The translations under genes were made by a program, and so were the position numbers. 64,000 nucleotides of DNA from an uncultured Alphaproteobacteria bacterium (lineage in GTDB: Bacteria; Pseudomonadota; Alphaproteobacteria; Rhizobiales; Kaistiaceae): assembly GCA_963749755.1 (NCBI GenBank), contig CAVVOK010000010.1:101301-165300 (forward strand). The letters are read 5' to 3'. Of this stretch, positions 53,454-63,176 are shown piece by piece. The notes beneath the pieces were generated by a model that was given only the letters and a program-made list of their open reading frames with translations, made no database searches and was not told the DNA's origin. Positions within the stretch are counted from its first letter, which is position 1; each line of letters begins with the position of its first letter.

Positions 53454-54395
53454 CTAGCGCACTTCCTCCACGACGACGTCCGCGTAGAGGCGCATCACGT
53501 CGTCCTTGTGGCAGAGTCCGTTTCCGTGCCGCAGCAAAGCGCCGGAACCGCCGGCGATGCCATAGCGGAACGCGTCGGCAAGGTCATGGCCCGCGACGAG
53601 GCTCCACACGAATGCGCCAACGAAGCTGTCGCCCGCGCCGACGACGCTCACCGGCGTGATCGGCAGTGGGCGCGCTCGCCATGCCTGTTCGTGCGTGACC
53701 AGAAGCCCGCCCTCCTCCGCGAGCGTGAGCGCCACCACCTCGGCGCGCGCCGCCCGCACCAGCCGCCGGCAGGCTTCGATCCGCCCCGCCTCGTCGTCCA
53801 GCGGTGCCCCGACCAATGCCGTCAACTCGCGCAAGTTCGGCTTGAACAGGTATACGCCCTCCTCCAGTGCCGACTGCAAAGCCGGCCCCGAGGTGTCGAG
53901 CACGACGCGCGCGCCGAGCGCCTTGGCGATGCGCGTCACCTGCGCGTAGAAGTCCGTCGGCACCCCCGGCGGCAGGCTCCCGCTCGCCACCACGACCTCG
54001 GGTTCGCCCTTGAGCGACCCCAGTGTGTCGAGCAGCGCCTGGCACTCAGCCTCCGATAGCGTCGGGCCGGGGAAGACGAACCGGTACTGGTGCCCCGTCG
54101 ATTCCTCGAAGACCGTCACGTCTTCGCGGATCTCTTGCGCCACGGGGATGGCGACGCTGGAGATGCCTTCGCCATCCATGAGCCGCCTGAGGAGCTGTCC
54201 CATCGCACCGCCGGTCGTGTAGAGCGCTTTCACGTCGGCGCCGAGCCGCGTCACCACGCGCGCCACATTGATGCCGCCGCCGCCGGGATCGTGGTGCGCC
54301 GGCGCACAGCGCAGCTTGCTCATCGGCATCATCTTGTCGATGGACGTGGAGAGGTCGATCGACGGGTTGACCGTCAGCGTTACGATACCCGGCAT
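53454..54395 (-). CDS. PfkB-family sugar/hexose-phosphate kinase (1-phosphofructokinase subfamily)
   Basis: MPGIVTLTVNPSIDLST..GGGGINVARV..; C-terminal VVGAGDSFVGAF motif. The substrate cannot be told from sequence by eye. Confidence 0.8.
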   Translation of the reverse strand: MPGIVTLTVNPSIDLSTSIDKMMPMSKLRCAPAHHDPGGGGINVARVVTRLGADVKALYTTGGAMGQLLRRLMDGEGISSVAIPVAQEIREDVTVFEESTGHQYRFVFPGPTLSEAECQALLDTLGSLKGEPEVVVASGSLPPGVPTDFYAQVTRIAKALGARVVLDTSGPALQSALEEGVYLFKPNLRELTALVGAPLDDEAGRIEACRRLVRAARAEVVALTLAEEGGLLVTHEQAWRARPLPITPVSVVGAGDSFVGAFVWSLVAGHDLADAFRYGIAGGSGALLRHGNGLCHKDDVMRLYADVVVEEVR

Positions 54396-54520
54396 GGTCC
54401 ACGCCCCTGCGACTGCGTCGCACCGTCCCGCCACCTCGTTCGGCGGCGGCGAGAACTGGCGAATCCGCGTTCAGCCGACTTTACCAGCAGATGGCGCGAA
54501 TTGATCCGGCGGAGCACGCG

Positions 54521-55618
<1,098 letters not shown>

Positions 55619-55631
55619 CGGTCCCGCCTCC

Positions 55632-56462
55632 TCACCCCTTCACCGCGCCGGCCGTCAGCCCGGAGATGATCTTCCGCTGGAAGATCAGCACCAGCACCAC
55701 GAGCGGCACGGTGACGATCACCGAAGCCGCCATGATGTTGCCCCATGGCACTTCGAATGCGGTCGAGCCGGACAACAGCGCGATCGCCACCGGCACCGTG
55801 CGCTGCGAGTCGCTCGCCAGAAACGTCAGCGCGAACAGGAACTCGTTCCACGCCGCGATGAACGCCAACAGCCCGGTCGTCACCAGCGCCGGCCACATCA
55901 GCGGCAGGAACACCCGCGTGATGATCACCCACGGCGACGCGCCATCAATGATCGCCGCCTCCTCGATCTCGATCGGCAGATCACGCATGAACGTCGTCAA
56001 CACCCACACCGTGAACGGCAGCGTGAAGATCATGTAGGAGAAGATCACCGACGGCAGGGTGTTGTAGATGCCCATCGCCCGGATCAACTCGAACAGACCC
56101 GCGAGCACCGCGATCTGCGGGAACATCGATACCGACAGCACCAGTAGCAGCAGCGGGCTGCGTCCGCGGAAGCGCACGCGCGCGAGCGCGTACGACGCCG
56201 TGACCGCCAAGACCAGCGAGATCGCAACCACGGCCGCCGACACGATCAGGGAATTGATGACGTTCCGCGGAAAGTATCCCGTCGTCAGCACGTTGACGTA
56301 GTTGCCGAGCGCGAAGCTCTTCGGCAGATAGTCGACCCGGAATATGTCGGTGCCGGCTTTGAACGACGTCAGGATCGCGTAATAGAACGGGAACACCGCG
56401 TACACGATGATGATCGCGAGCAGCACATAGAACAGTCCGCGTTTGGCGATCGCACCCGCCAT
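55632..56462 (-). CDS. sugar ABC transporter permease (MalG-like)
   Basis: This is the C-terminal 276 aa of ORF 55632..56897, starting MAGAIAKRGLFYV. It has an EAA-type loop, IEEAAIIDGASPW. The ATG overlaps the upstream stop (ATGA). Confidence 0.9.
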   Translation of the reverse strand: MAGAIAKRGLFYVLLAIIIVYAVFPFYYAILTSFKAGTDIFRVDYLPKSFALGNYVNVLTTGYFPRNVINSLIVSAAVVAISLVLAVTASYALARVRFRGRSPLLLLVLSVSMFPQIAVLAGLFELIRAMGIYNTLPSVIFSYMIFTLPFTVWVLTTFMRDLPIEIEEAAIIDGASPWVIITRVFLPLMWPALVTTGLLAFIAAWNEFLFALTFLASDSQRTVPVAIALLSGSTAFEVPWGNIMAASVIVTVPLVVLVLIFQRKIISGLTAGAVKG

Positions 56463-57457
56463 CACCGCCCGCCCTCGAAGCTGACGCGGCCGACGCGAAT
56501 GTAGACGATGGTGATCAATGCGATCACCATGAACAGCAGCGTCGAGGCGGCCGAGCCGTACGCGAACTTGTCGAACTCGAACAGGTTCTGCCGAGCGTAG
56601 ATCGACATCGTCATGGTCTGCTGGTTGTTGGGCGTCAGCACGTAGATCAGGTCGAAGATGCGCAACGCGTCCAGCATCCGGAAGATCACCGCCACCATCA
56701 GCGCCGGGCGGATGAGCGGCAGCGTCACCCGCCAGAACACCTTGAGCGGGGGAATTCCGTCGATCTTCGTGGCCTCGTAGATGTCGGACGGCACCATCTG
56801 CAGCCCGGCGAGGATGAGCAGCGCCATGAACGGCGTCGTCTTCCACACGTCCACGATGATCACCGCGACCATCGCGGTGTCCGGCGACGCCGTCCACGCG
56901 ATCGGTTCAGCGATCAGGTGCAGTCGCATCAGGAGGTCGTTGACCATGCCGAACTGGTCGTTGAGCATCCATTCCCACATCTTCGCCGAAACGATCGTCG
57001 GGATGGCCCAGGGAATGAGGATCGCGGCGCGCACAAGCCCGCGGCCGGGGAACACCGCGTTGAGCGTCAGCGCCACGCCGAGCCCGACCAGCGTTTCGAG
57101 CGTCACCGAGATCGCCGCGAACCGCACAGTGTTCCACACCGCGCTCCACCACGCCGGATCTGCGAGCAGCCCAAACCAGGCGCCACCCTTGCCGTTGCCG
57201 AAATCGACGTATTCCAGGTAGTTGCGGAACCAGATCCAGTGACTCGTGCCGAGCGAGTCAAGCGACGCGTCGGTGAAGCCGAAATAGATGGTGCGGAGCA
57301 ACGGCCAGCCTGCCACCGCCGCCAGAGTCACAAGCATGGGCGTCAGGAAGAGCCAAGCGGACCGCACCCGCTGCCGTGAAAGCTGCGAGCGCGGCGCCGC
57401 CTTGAGGCGCGATGCGGGCGCCGGCGTCAGCGCGCCCGCATCGACGATTTCCGCCAT
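56462..57457 (-). CDS. sugar ABC transporter permease (MalF-like)
   Basis: A 331-aa ORF with the loop YEATKIDGIPPLKVFWRVTLP. Confidence 0.9.
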   Translation of the reverse strand: MAEIVDAGALTPAPASRLKAAPRSQLSRQRVRSAWLFLTPMLVTLAAVAGWPLLRTIYFGFTDASLDSLGTSHWIWFRNYLEYVDFGNGKGGAWFGLLADPAWWSAVWNTVRFAAISVTLETLVGLGVALTLNAVFPGRGLVRAAILIPWAIPTIVSAKMWEWMLNDQFGMVNDLLMRLHLIAEPIAWTASPDTAMVAVIIVDVWKTTPFMALLILAGLQMVPSDIYEATKIDGIPPLKVFWRVTLPLIRPALMVAVIFRMLDALRIFDLIYVLTPNNQQTMTMSIYARQNLFEFDKFAYGSAASTLLFMVIALITIVYIRVGRVSFEGGR

Positions 57458-57472
57458 CGGTGTGGCGGCCCG

Positions 57473-58738
57473 CTACCAGGCCGCGCCTTTCAGCCGCTGC
57501 AGCTTGGTGTCGAGCTGCGCGAGGTTCTGTTCGGCGGAGCCGTTACCGGACAGCGTCTCGTGGACGGCGGTCCAGAACTCCTTCGACACCTCGTTGTAGC
57601 TCTTCTGCGTCGGCGCCGACGGCCGCGGCACCGCATTAGCGAGCACGTCCTTCCACGGCGGAATGATCGGCTGCGCCTTCGCGATGTCCGGATCGTCGTA
57701 GAGCGCCGGGATCGTCGGCAGGTTCGAGTTGTTGATCGCGCGATATTTCTGCGCCTCGGGCGAGGCCAGGAACTTCACGAGATCGATCGCGGCGTCCTTG
57801 TGCTGGCTGAACGCGGAAACCGCGAGGTTCCACCCACCGAGCGTGGCGGCGGAACGGTCACCGGACGGCCCGACGGGCAGCGTGGTCACGGCGAACTTGC
57901 CCTTGATCGGCGAATCCTCGCCGTTGCCGAGCGAGTAGGCGTACGGCCAGTTGCGCATGAACACGGCTTGTCCGGTCTGCCACACGCCGCGCGATTCCTC
58001 CTCGCCATACGAGAGCACACCCGGGGGCGAGATCGTGCCGATCCAGCCCTTGACCATATCGAGCATCTGGGCGGCCTTCGCGTTGTTGATCGAGATCGTG
58101 CCGTCCGCCTCGACGATCTGACCGCCGCCGTTCGACTTGATCCACTCCAGCGCGTCACAGGTCAGGCCCTCGTACGATTTGCCCTGGAACACGAAGCCCC
58201 ACATGCCGGCATTCCCGGCCGCGCGCTCCTTGTCCATGATCATCTTGGCCGTCGCGGCCATCTCTTCCCAAGTCTTCGGCACCGACGCGCCGTACTTGTC
58301 GAGCAGGTCCTTGCGGTAGTAGAGCGCCGGCGCGTCGGTGAACATCGGCAATGCCACGAGCTTGCCGTTCACGGTCTGCGACTCGATGATCGCCGGAAAG
58401 TGGTCCTTCGCCACATCCTTCGTCGCCTCGGTCAGATCGACGAAGTTCGCCGCGAGCTGCGGCGCCCAGATCACGTCCGTGCGGTAGACGTCGATGTCGC
58501 TGTTTTGCGCGGCGAGCCAGAGGCGGTACTGCGCGAATTGGTCGGTGCTCGACGACGGCATCGACACGATGTCGACGGTGTTGTCCGTCTTTTGCTGGTA
58601 TTGATCCAGCACGTCGCGGAGCATCTGGAGGTCGGCTCCGGTCGAGCCGGACACAATCGAGAGTTTTTCGGCGTTTGCCCCGGTCGCCGCGAGCAGCAGC
58701 CCGGCGACCGTCGCGAAAAGGGCCTCGCGAAACATCAT
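57473..58738 (-). CDS. extracellular solute-binding protein, probably disaccharide (trehalose/maltose-like) specific
   Basis: A 421-aa ORF with the signal peptide MMFREALFATVAGLLLAATGANA and family 1 SBP features. The ligand guess rests only on resemblance to ThuE-type proteins and the neighbouring alpha-glucan/trehalose genes. Confidence 0.8.
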   Translation of the reverse strand: MMFREALFATVAGLLLAATGANAEKLSIVSGSTGADLQMLRDVLDQYQQKTDNTVDIVSMPSSSTDQFAQYRLWLAAQNSDIDVYRTDVIWAPQLAANFVDLTEATKDVAKDHFPAIIESQTVNGKLVALPMFTDAPALYYRKDLLDKYGASVPKTWEEMAATAKMIMDKERAAGNAGMWGFVFQGKSYEGLTCDALEWIKSNGGGQIVEADGTISINNAKAAQMLDMVKGWIGTISPPGVLSYGEEESRGVWQTGQAVFMRNWPYAYSLGNGEDSPIKGKFAVTTLPVGPSGDRSAATLGGWNLAVSAFSQHKDAAIDLVKFLASPEAQKYRAINNSNLPTIPALYDDPDIAKAQPIIPPWKDVLANAVPRPSAPTQKSYNEVSKEFWTAVHETLSGNGSAEQNLAQLDTKLQRLKGAAW

Positions 58739-59005
58739 CGTTCTCTCTCCTTGTCTATGGCGAAACAGCGATAGGGCTCTGGCGGCCCCTTGCGACCGTT
58801 CGCAGCGTTTTCACCCCCGAATTTTTTCTCGTTTCTCTCTTGTCTTCCGGGCCGGATCACCGGCGCGGGGCATGTGCGTCCCACGCGGCAAGACCGGCCG
58901 TCGAATGTGCTACATCGCGCCGCTGGGCGCCGCGAAGGAACACACGCGAGACCGAGCAGCGTCCCGCACCCGACCCCGCGTGTCAAGGAAGCCCACGGTG
59001 GCCGG

Positions 59006-59527
59006 TTACCTGCCGGTGGCGTGCTTTTGCAACCGGTCGCTGAAAGCGAGCAGGAAGCGCAGGCTGCGTTGTGTCTCCGGCTTGGACAGAAGCCCGACCA
59101 TCGCCATCACGCCACCGCGCGACGGCTCCGCGGCGGTTTCCTCCGCCGCCTCGTCGAGCGCCAGCCTCGCGTGATCGGCGAGTTCGCCCATCGCCTCGCT
59201 GCCGAGCGTGGACACCATCTGCTCCGTGAAAGCGAACAGCCGCTCCACCATGCTGTCGGTGAGCGCGGCGCGCGCGCCGTGCGCGAGCATGATGAGGTCG
59301 AACAGGGTATCGATCGCGCCGACCTTGTGCGCCTGGGTGATCCTATCCAATGCGTTGTGGACCGCAGCACTCGTCTCCGGATCGTTCAGCCGGTCGATCA
59401 ACTCCAACGCGCTCGCCCCGGTCGCCGCGAGCCGCTCGACCATGGAATCGGTCAGCGCCTCGCGCGCCGCGGCCATGAGCCGCGCCAGATCGTCCACGGG
59501 CGCATTGCTGAGGGTGTTATCGCTCAT
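59006..59527 (-). CDS. DUF1641 domain protein
   Basis: A 173-aa ORF with an internally duplicated ..ALTDSMVERL.. helical repeat. GGGAGGA precedes the ATG. It lies directly downstream of the flavoprotein, as is usual for DUF1641. Confidence 0.7.
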   Translation of the reverse strand: MSDNTLSNAPVDDLARLMAAAREALTDSMVERLAATGASALELIDRLNDPETSAAVHNALDRITQAHKVGAIDTLFDLIMLAHGARAALTDSMVERLFAFTEQMVSTLGSEAMGELADHARLALDEAAEETAAEPSRGGVMAMVGLLSKPETQRSLRFLLAFSDRLQKHATGR

Positions 59528-59537
59528 CGCGTCCTCC

Positions 59538-60678
59538 CTAGAGCAACCCGCGCGCCGACAACCAGTAGAGCCGGTTGTAGGCGAGCTTGAACCAATGGAT
59601 CATCTGCGACGGCGGGCCGGGGTTCGGCGGGGTGGTATAGTTGAACCAGACGTACGTGCCGTTGTTCAGGCCGGTCTCCACAAAGCAGAAGACCTTGCCG
59701 TCGTAGTCGCGCGCCCAGCGATCCTCTTTCAGGAGCGAGGCGAGGTTGTCCACGATCGTGTCGGCCTCGAAGTGGGCCGTCGATCCCGCCTTGGAGATCG
59801 GCAGGTTGGTCGTGTCGCCCACCACGAACACGTTGTTCGAGCCCTCGCGCAGCAGCTTGCCGCGCTCGGTAGGCACCCAGCCGCCGGCCCCGAGGTTCGA
59901 GTTCGAGAATGACCTGCTGCCCGCTGTGCGGCGGCACCGTGATCAGCAGGTCATAGGGAAGCGTCGTCCCTTCCTCCGAGGTGATCGTCTTCGCCTTCGG
60001 ATCGACCGACTTGGTGTTGAAGAACGTCTCCGACTTGATGCCGCTCCGCTGGAACTCGGGCACCGCCCAGTTGGCGACCGGCTCCAGCGTGTGCAAACGC
60101 CCGACTGGATAGGTGTAGGTGATCTCGCTCTTGTCGAGCAGCCCGCGACCCGCGAGGTAATCGCGTAGCATGAAGGTGATCTCGAGCGGCGCCACCGGAC
60201 ACTTGTGCGGCACGTTGATGTTGACCACCACTTTGCCGCCCTCGAATTTCGCCAGCGCGTCGCGCATCTTGCGCGCGCCGTCGAGGTCGTAGAACCAGTG
60301 TCCGCCCTCGGTCATGCCGGGTATGTTGTCCGGCCGGATGCGCGAGCCCGTGGCGATCACCAGGAAATCGTACCCGTACGTCTTGCCGGATTCGGTCGTG
60401 ACCGCCTTCTTGTCCACGTCGATGTTCTTCGCCGGGTCCACGAGGTACGGCACGCGGCGGTCGAGCACCTTGCGCTGGTCGCGGAAGAGGTCGGACTCGC
60501 GCATCCGCCCGAACGGCACGTAGAGCAGGCCCGGCTGATACATGTGCTTGTCGGACGCGCCGATCATGGTGATCGCAACGCTGCCGCTGGCGAGTTCGTC
60601 GCGCAACTGGCGGCAAAGGCCGTTGGCGATAATCGTCCCCGCCAACCCGCCGCCGACGATCAGTATCTGTTTTGCCAT
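59538..60678 (-). CDS. FAD-dependent pyridine-nucleotide-disulfide oxidoreductase, SQR-like, one apparent 1-nt insertion near 59909
   Basis: The N-terminus is MAKQILIVGGGLAGTIIA (a GxGxxG motif), then ..CPVAPLE..VPPHSGQQVI. The next frame continues SNSNLGAGGWVPTERGKLLREGSNNVFVVGDTTNLP.. (ORF 59538..59876). Confidence 0.75.
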
Positions 60679-60751
60679 GGCCGTTTCTCCGCCTTTCCTT
60701 CTTGCTTGTTGGCCGCGCGCGGCGGCTTGGCGCGTCGCCGTCCGGCGATCG

Positions 60752-60982
60752 CTACTTTGCCTTCTTCACCACGATGCTCCACACCCCGTCGTTTTGCGTC
60801 ATGCCGACCATCTCGTGATGAACCTTGTTCACCCACTCGGGAATATCGTTGGCCGAACCCTTGTCGGTCGACAGGATCTCGATCTCGTCCCCTACCTCGA
60901 CCAGCTTCAGCGCCGCGATCAGCTCCATCAGCGGACCCGGGCAGAAGGCCCCCCGCGCGTCGATCTTCGTCCTTGTCGTCAT
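60752..60982 (-). CDS. TusA/SirA-family sulfur carrier protein (CPGP type)
   Basis: A 76-aa ORF, IDARGAFCPGPLMELIAALKLV. Confidence 0.8.
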   Translation of the reverse strand: MTTRTKIDARGAFCPGPLMELIAALKLVEVGDEIEILSTDKGSANDIPEWVNKVHHEMVGMTQNDGVWSIVVKKAK

Positions 60983-61002
60983 CGTTCAGGCGTCTCCGCT
61001 AT

Positions 61003-61401
61003 CTACAGCGTGACGAATTGCCCGCCCTCGGCGTCGGACAGGAACTTGGTGAGCCCGAGCGGACCGTCGAACAGGCCCGGCTCGAGATGGTATTCGTCCC
61101 AGCCGGACACATCGAGCGCCATGGAGCAGGCCCACATCTTAAGGTCGCCGAGTTCCTTCCCCTGGCGGAAGAGCGTGATCGCGTCCGGCGCCCGCTTCTG
61201 CTTCAGCAAGTCGGAAAACATGCCCCCGCGGTACCGTTCCTCCGCCGGTGCATCCTTCGCGAAGGCGAACATCGCGTTCATGCTGACGAACACCTCGACC
61301 GGCCGCTCCGACACCGCGCCGACCGACGCGATCATCGCCGCCATGTGTACCTTCTCGTGCTCGCCGGAGCACAAGAGGACGTAGAGAGACAGCGTGGCCA
61401 T
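61003..61401 (-). CDS. DsrE/DsrF-like family protein
   Basis: A 132-aa ORF, MATLSLYVLLCSGEHEKVHMAAMIA..MWACSMALD. It has the size and pattern of DsrE-fold sulfurtransferase-like proteins. Confidence 0.65.
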   Translation of the reverse strand: MATLSLYVLLCSGEHEKVHMAAMIASVGAVSERPVEVFVSMNAMFAFAKDAPAEERYRGGMFSDLLKQKRAPDAITLFRQGKELGDLKMWACSMALDVSGWDEYHLEPGLFDGPLGLTKFLSDAEGGQFVTL

Positions 61402-61422
61402 AGAGCGCGGTCTCCTTGCCCG

Positions 61423-61650
61423 TCACGACATCCGCTTTATGAGGAATGAGAACACGTCGCCCTCGTGCTTCAATTCCATCAGCTCGTTACCCGTCGTGCG
61501 GCAGAACGCCTCGAAGTCCTTCACCGAGCCCGGGTCGGTGGCGAGGACCTCGAGCGTCCCGCCAATCGCCACGTCTTTCAGCGCCTTCTTGGCGCGCAGG
61601 ATCGGCAGCGGGCAGTTCAGTCCTTTCACGTCGAGAACCTGGTCGGCCAT
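61423..61650 (-). CDS. tusA: TusA sulfur carrier protein
   Basis: A 75-aa ORF, LDVKGLNCPLPILRAKKALKDV, carrying the canonical CPxP active site. Confidence 0.85.
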   Translation of the reverse strand: MADQVLDVKGLNCPLPILRAKKALKDVAIGGTLEVLATDPGSVKDFEAFCRTTGNELMELKHEGDVFSFLIKRMS

Positions 61651-61686
61651 GAATATTTCCTCGTTCCGATTTCTCTTGCCGCAAGA

Positions 61687-62187
61687 TCAGATGAACAGGT
61701 TGATGTCGCTCTTTGTCGCGGTCTCGATGAATGTCGCCGCGCCGCCGAGCACCGGCCCCTCGATCATGTCATCGGGATTGTACTCGAACATGTCCATCGT
61801 CATCTGACAGGCGATCATTTCCACGTCGGCTTCGAGCGCCATCGATCTCAGGTCCTCGATCGACGCGATGCCCTTTTTCTTGATCAGGTTCTTCATCATC
61901 GCGCTCGCCGCCGCGTCGACGCCCGGGATAGCGGAGATGATGTTGGGCATGCCGATGTGCATGCCCATTATCGGCATGGACATCGCCGGGTTGCCCAGCG
62001 TCGTAACCGTCAGGTCGAGCTTCTTCTTGAGCAGCGTCAGACCGTAGAAGGTGAAGAACATCGATACCTCAAGGCCCATCGCCGCCGCGGTAGTCGCGAG
62101 GATGAACGGAGGATACGCCCAGTCGAGCGACCCCTTCGTGACGATCATAGACAGCTTCTTGGTGTTGCTTCCAACGTCGTTTGCCAT
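61687..62187 (-). CDS. DsrE3-type (DsrE/DsrF/DrsH-like) sulfurtransferase
   Basis: A 166-aa ORF, ..KLSMIVTKGSLDWAYPPFILATTAAAMG..IACQMTMDMF. Confidence 0.75.
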   Translation of the reverse strand: MANDVGSNTKKLSMIVTKGSLDWAYPPFILATTAAAMGLEVSMFFTFYGLTLLKKKLDLTVTTLGNPAMSMPIMGMHIGMPNIISAIPGVDAAASAMMKNLIKKKGIASIEDLRSMALEADVEMIACQMTMDMFEYNPDDMIEGPVLGGAATFIETATKSDINLFI

Positions 62188-62249
62188 TGGCAGTCCTCCA
62201 CGTCGGACGCGGCCCCGCTCCCGTCCGTGTCAGTATTTACGCGCCCTCT

Positions 62250-62699
62250 TCACGCCGCCGACGCACAGCCGGCGAATTGATCGGCAGTCATCTTTGCCTC
62301 GTAAGGCTCGGCAACGGCGGTGCCGGGGATGAGGTTGGCCTTCGCCGCCGCCCAATCGACGGGCTTCACCTTGACCATCCAGCCTTCCCCATAGGGGTCG
62401 GAGTTCGCGAGCTTCGGATTGCCCGACAGCGCCTCGTTGACTTCCAGCACCTCGGCCGGAAACGCGATCTTCGCCGGCCCGACCCATTTGCCGGACTCGA
62501 CCGTCGCGCACGATTTGCCTCCGTCCAGCGACTTGCCCGGCTTTTTCGCCGTGAAAGCGACCAACGGTCCAGCCATGGCGGCGGCGACCGTGGTCATGCC
62601 GAGCGTCACCGTGCCGTCGGCGTTCTCGCGGTACCAGATGTTGTTCTCGACGTCGTAGAGCAGATCGTCGGGAAGGTTGCAGCCACGGACCGAAGGCAT
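62250..62699 (-). CDS. lbpA: GcvH-like lipoate-binding protein (LbpA type)
   Basis: A 149-aa ORF with an H-protein fold: ..ATVESGKWVGPAKIAFPAEVLEVNEAL..NSDPYGEGWMVKV. The candidate lipoyl lysine is in ESGKW. No other glycine-cleavage genes are nearby. Confidence 0.8.
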   Translation of the reverse strand: MPSVRGCNLPDDLLYDVENNIWYRENADGTVTLGMTTVAAAMAGPLVAFTAKKPGKSLDGGKSCATVESGKWVGPAKIAFPAEVLEVNEALSGNPKLANSDPYGEGWMVKVKPVDWAAAKANLIPGTAVAEPYEAKMTADQFAGCASAA

Positions 62700-62714
62700 T
62701 GACGAACTCCGATT

Positions 62715-63176
62715 TCAGGTATGAACGGTCGCCGCCGTCTCGTTGAGACGCAGCGGACGTGACGCGCAGCAGAATTCGCCGAGACCGGCGACCTCCAGCT
62801 TGCCGTCGATGAAAAGGACCAGGTGCCGCGCCACCATGGCGGCGAGGCGGACACGCTGCGCGATGTCGTCAGCCGCCGGTTCCACGCGAATGCAGTTGTA
62901 GGCGTACGCCAATTCACGGCACGTCTCGCGGCACGCGTTGAAGGTCGCGTCGCCCCGTGCGCCTTGACGGTGGAGCGCGAGCAGCCGGAAGCCCTCGACG
63001 GTATTGCCCGTGGGCGTCTTTCCCTTCGCGAGAAGCCAGCTTTCGAGCGCCGCCTCGCCGATGGCGAGAAGCTCGTCGGCCAGCGCCGGCGCCGCCTCGA
63101 CGAGATCGGCGTCGGCCACTGCCACGATCGCGTCGAGCCGGTCCATCGGCGTCTGCGCGGTCGCGCTATCGCTCAC
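62715..63176 (-). CDS. hypothetical protein, translationally coupled to hdrB
   Basis: This is the C-terminal 153 codons of ORF 62715..63476. The GTG at 63176 overlaps the hdrB TGA (GTGA). It is predicted helical and Ala/Leu-rich, with cysteines in NACRETCRELAYAYNC and EFCC. I recognise no family. Confidence 0.55.
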   Translation of the reverse strand: MSDSATAQTPMDRLDAIVAVADADLVEAAPALADELLAIGEAALESWLLAKGKTPTGNTVEGFRLLALHRQGARGDATFNACRETCRELAYAYNCIRVEPAADDIAQRVRLAAMVARHLVLFIDGKLEVAGLGEFCCASRPLRLNETAATVHT

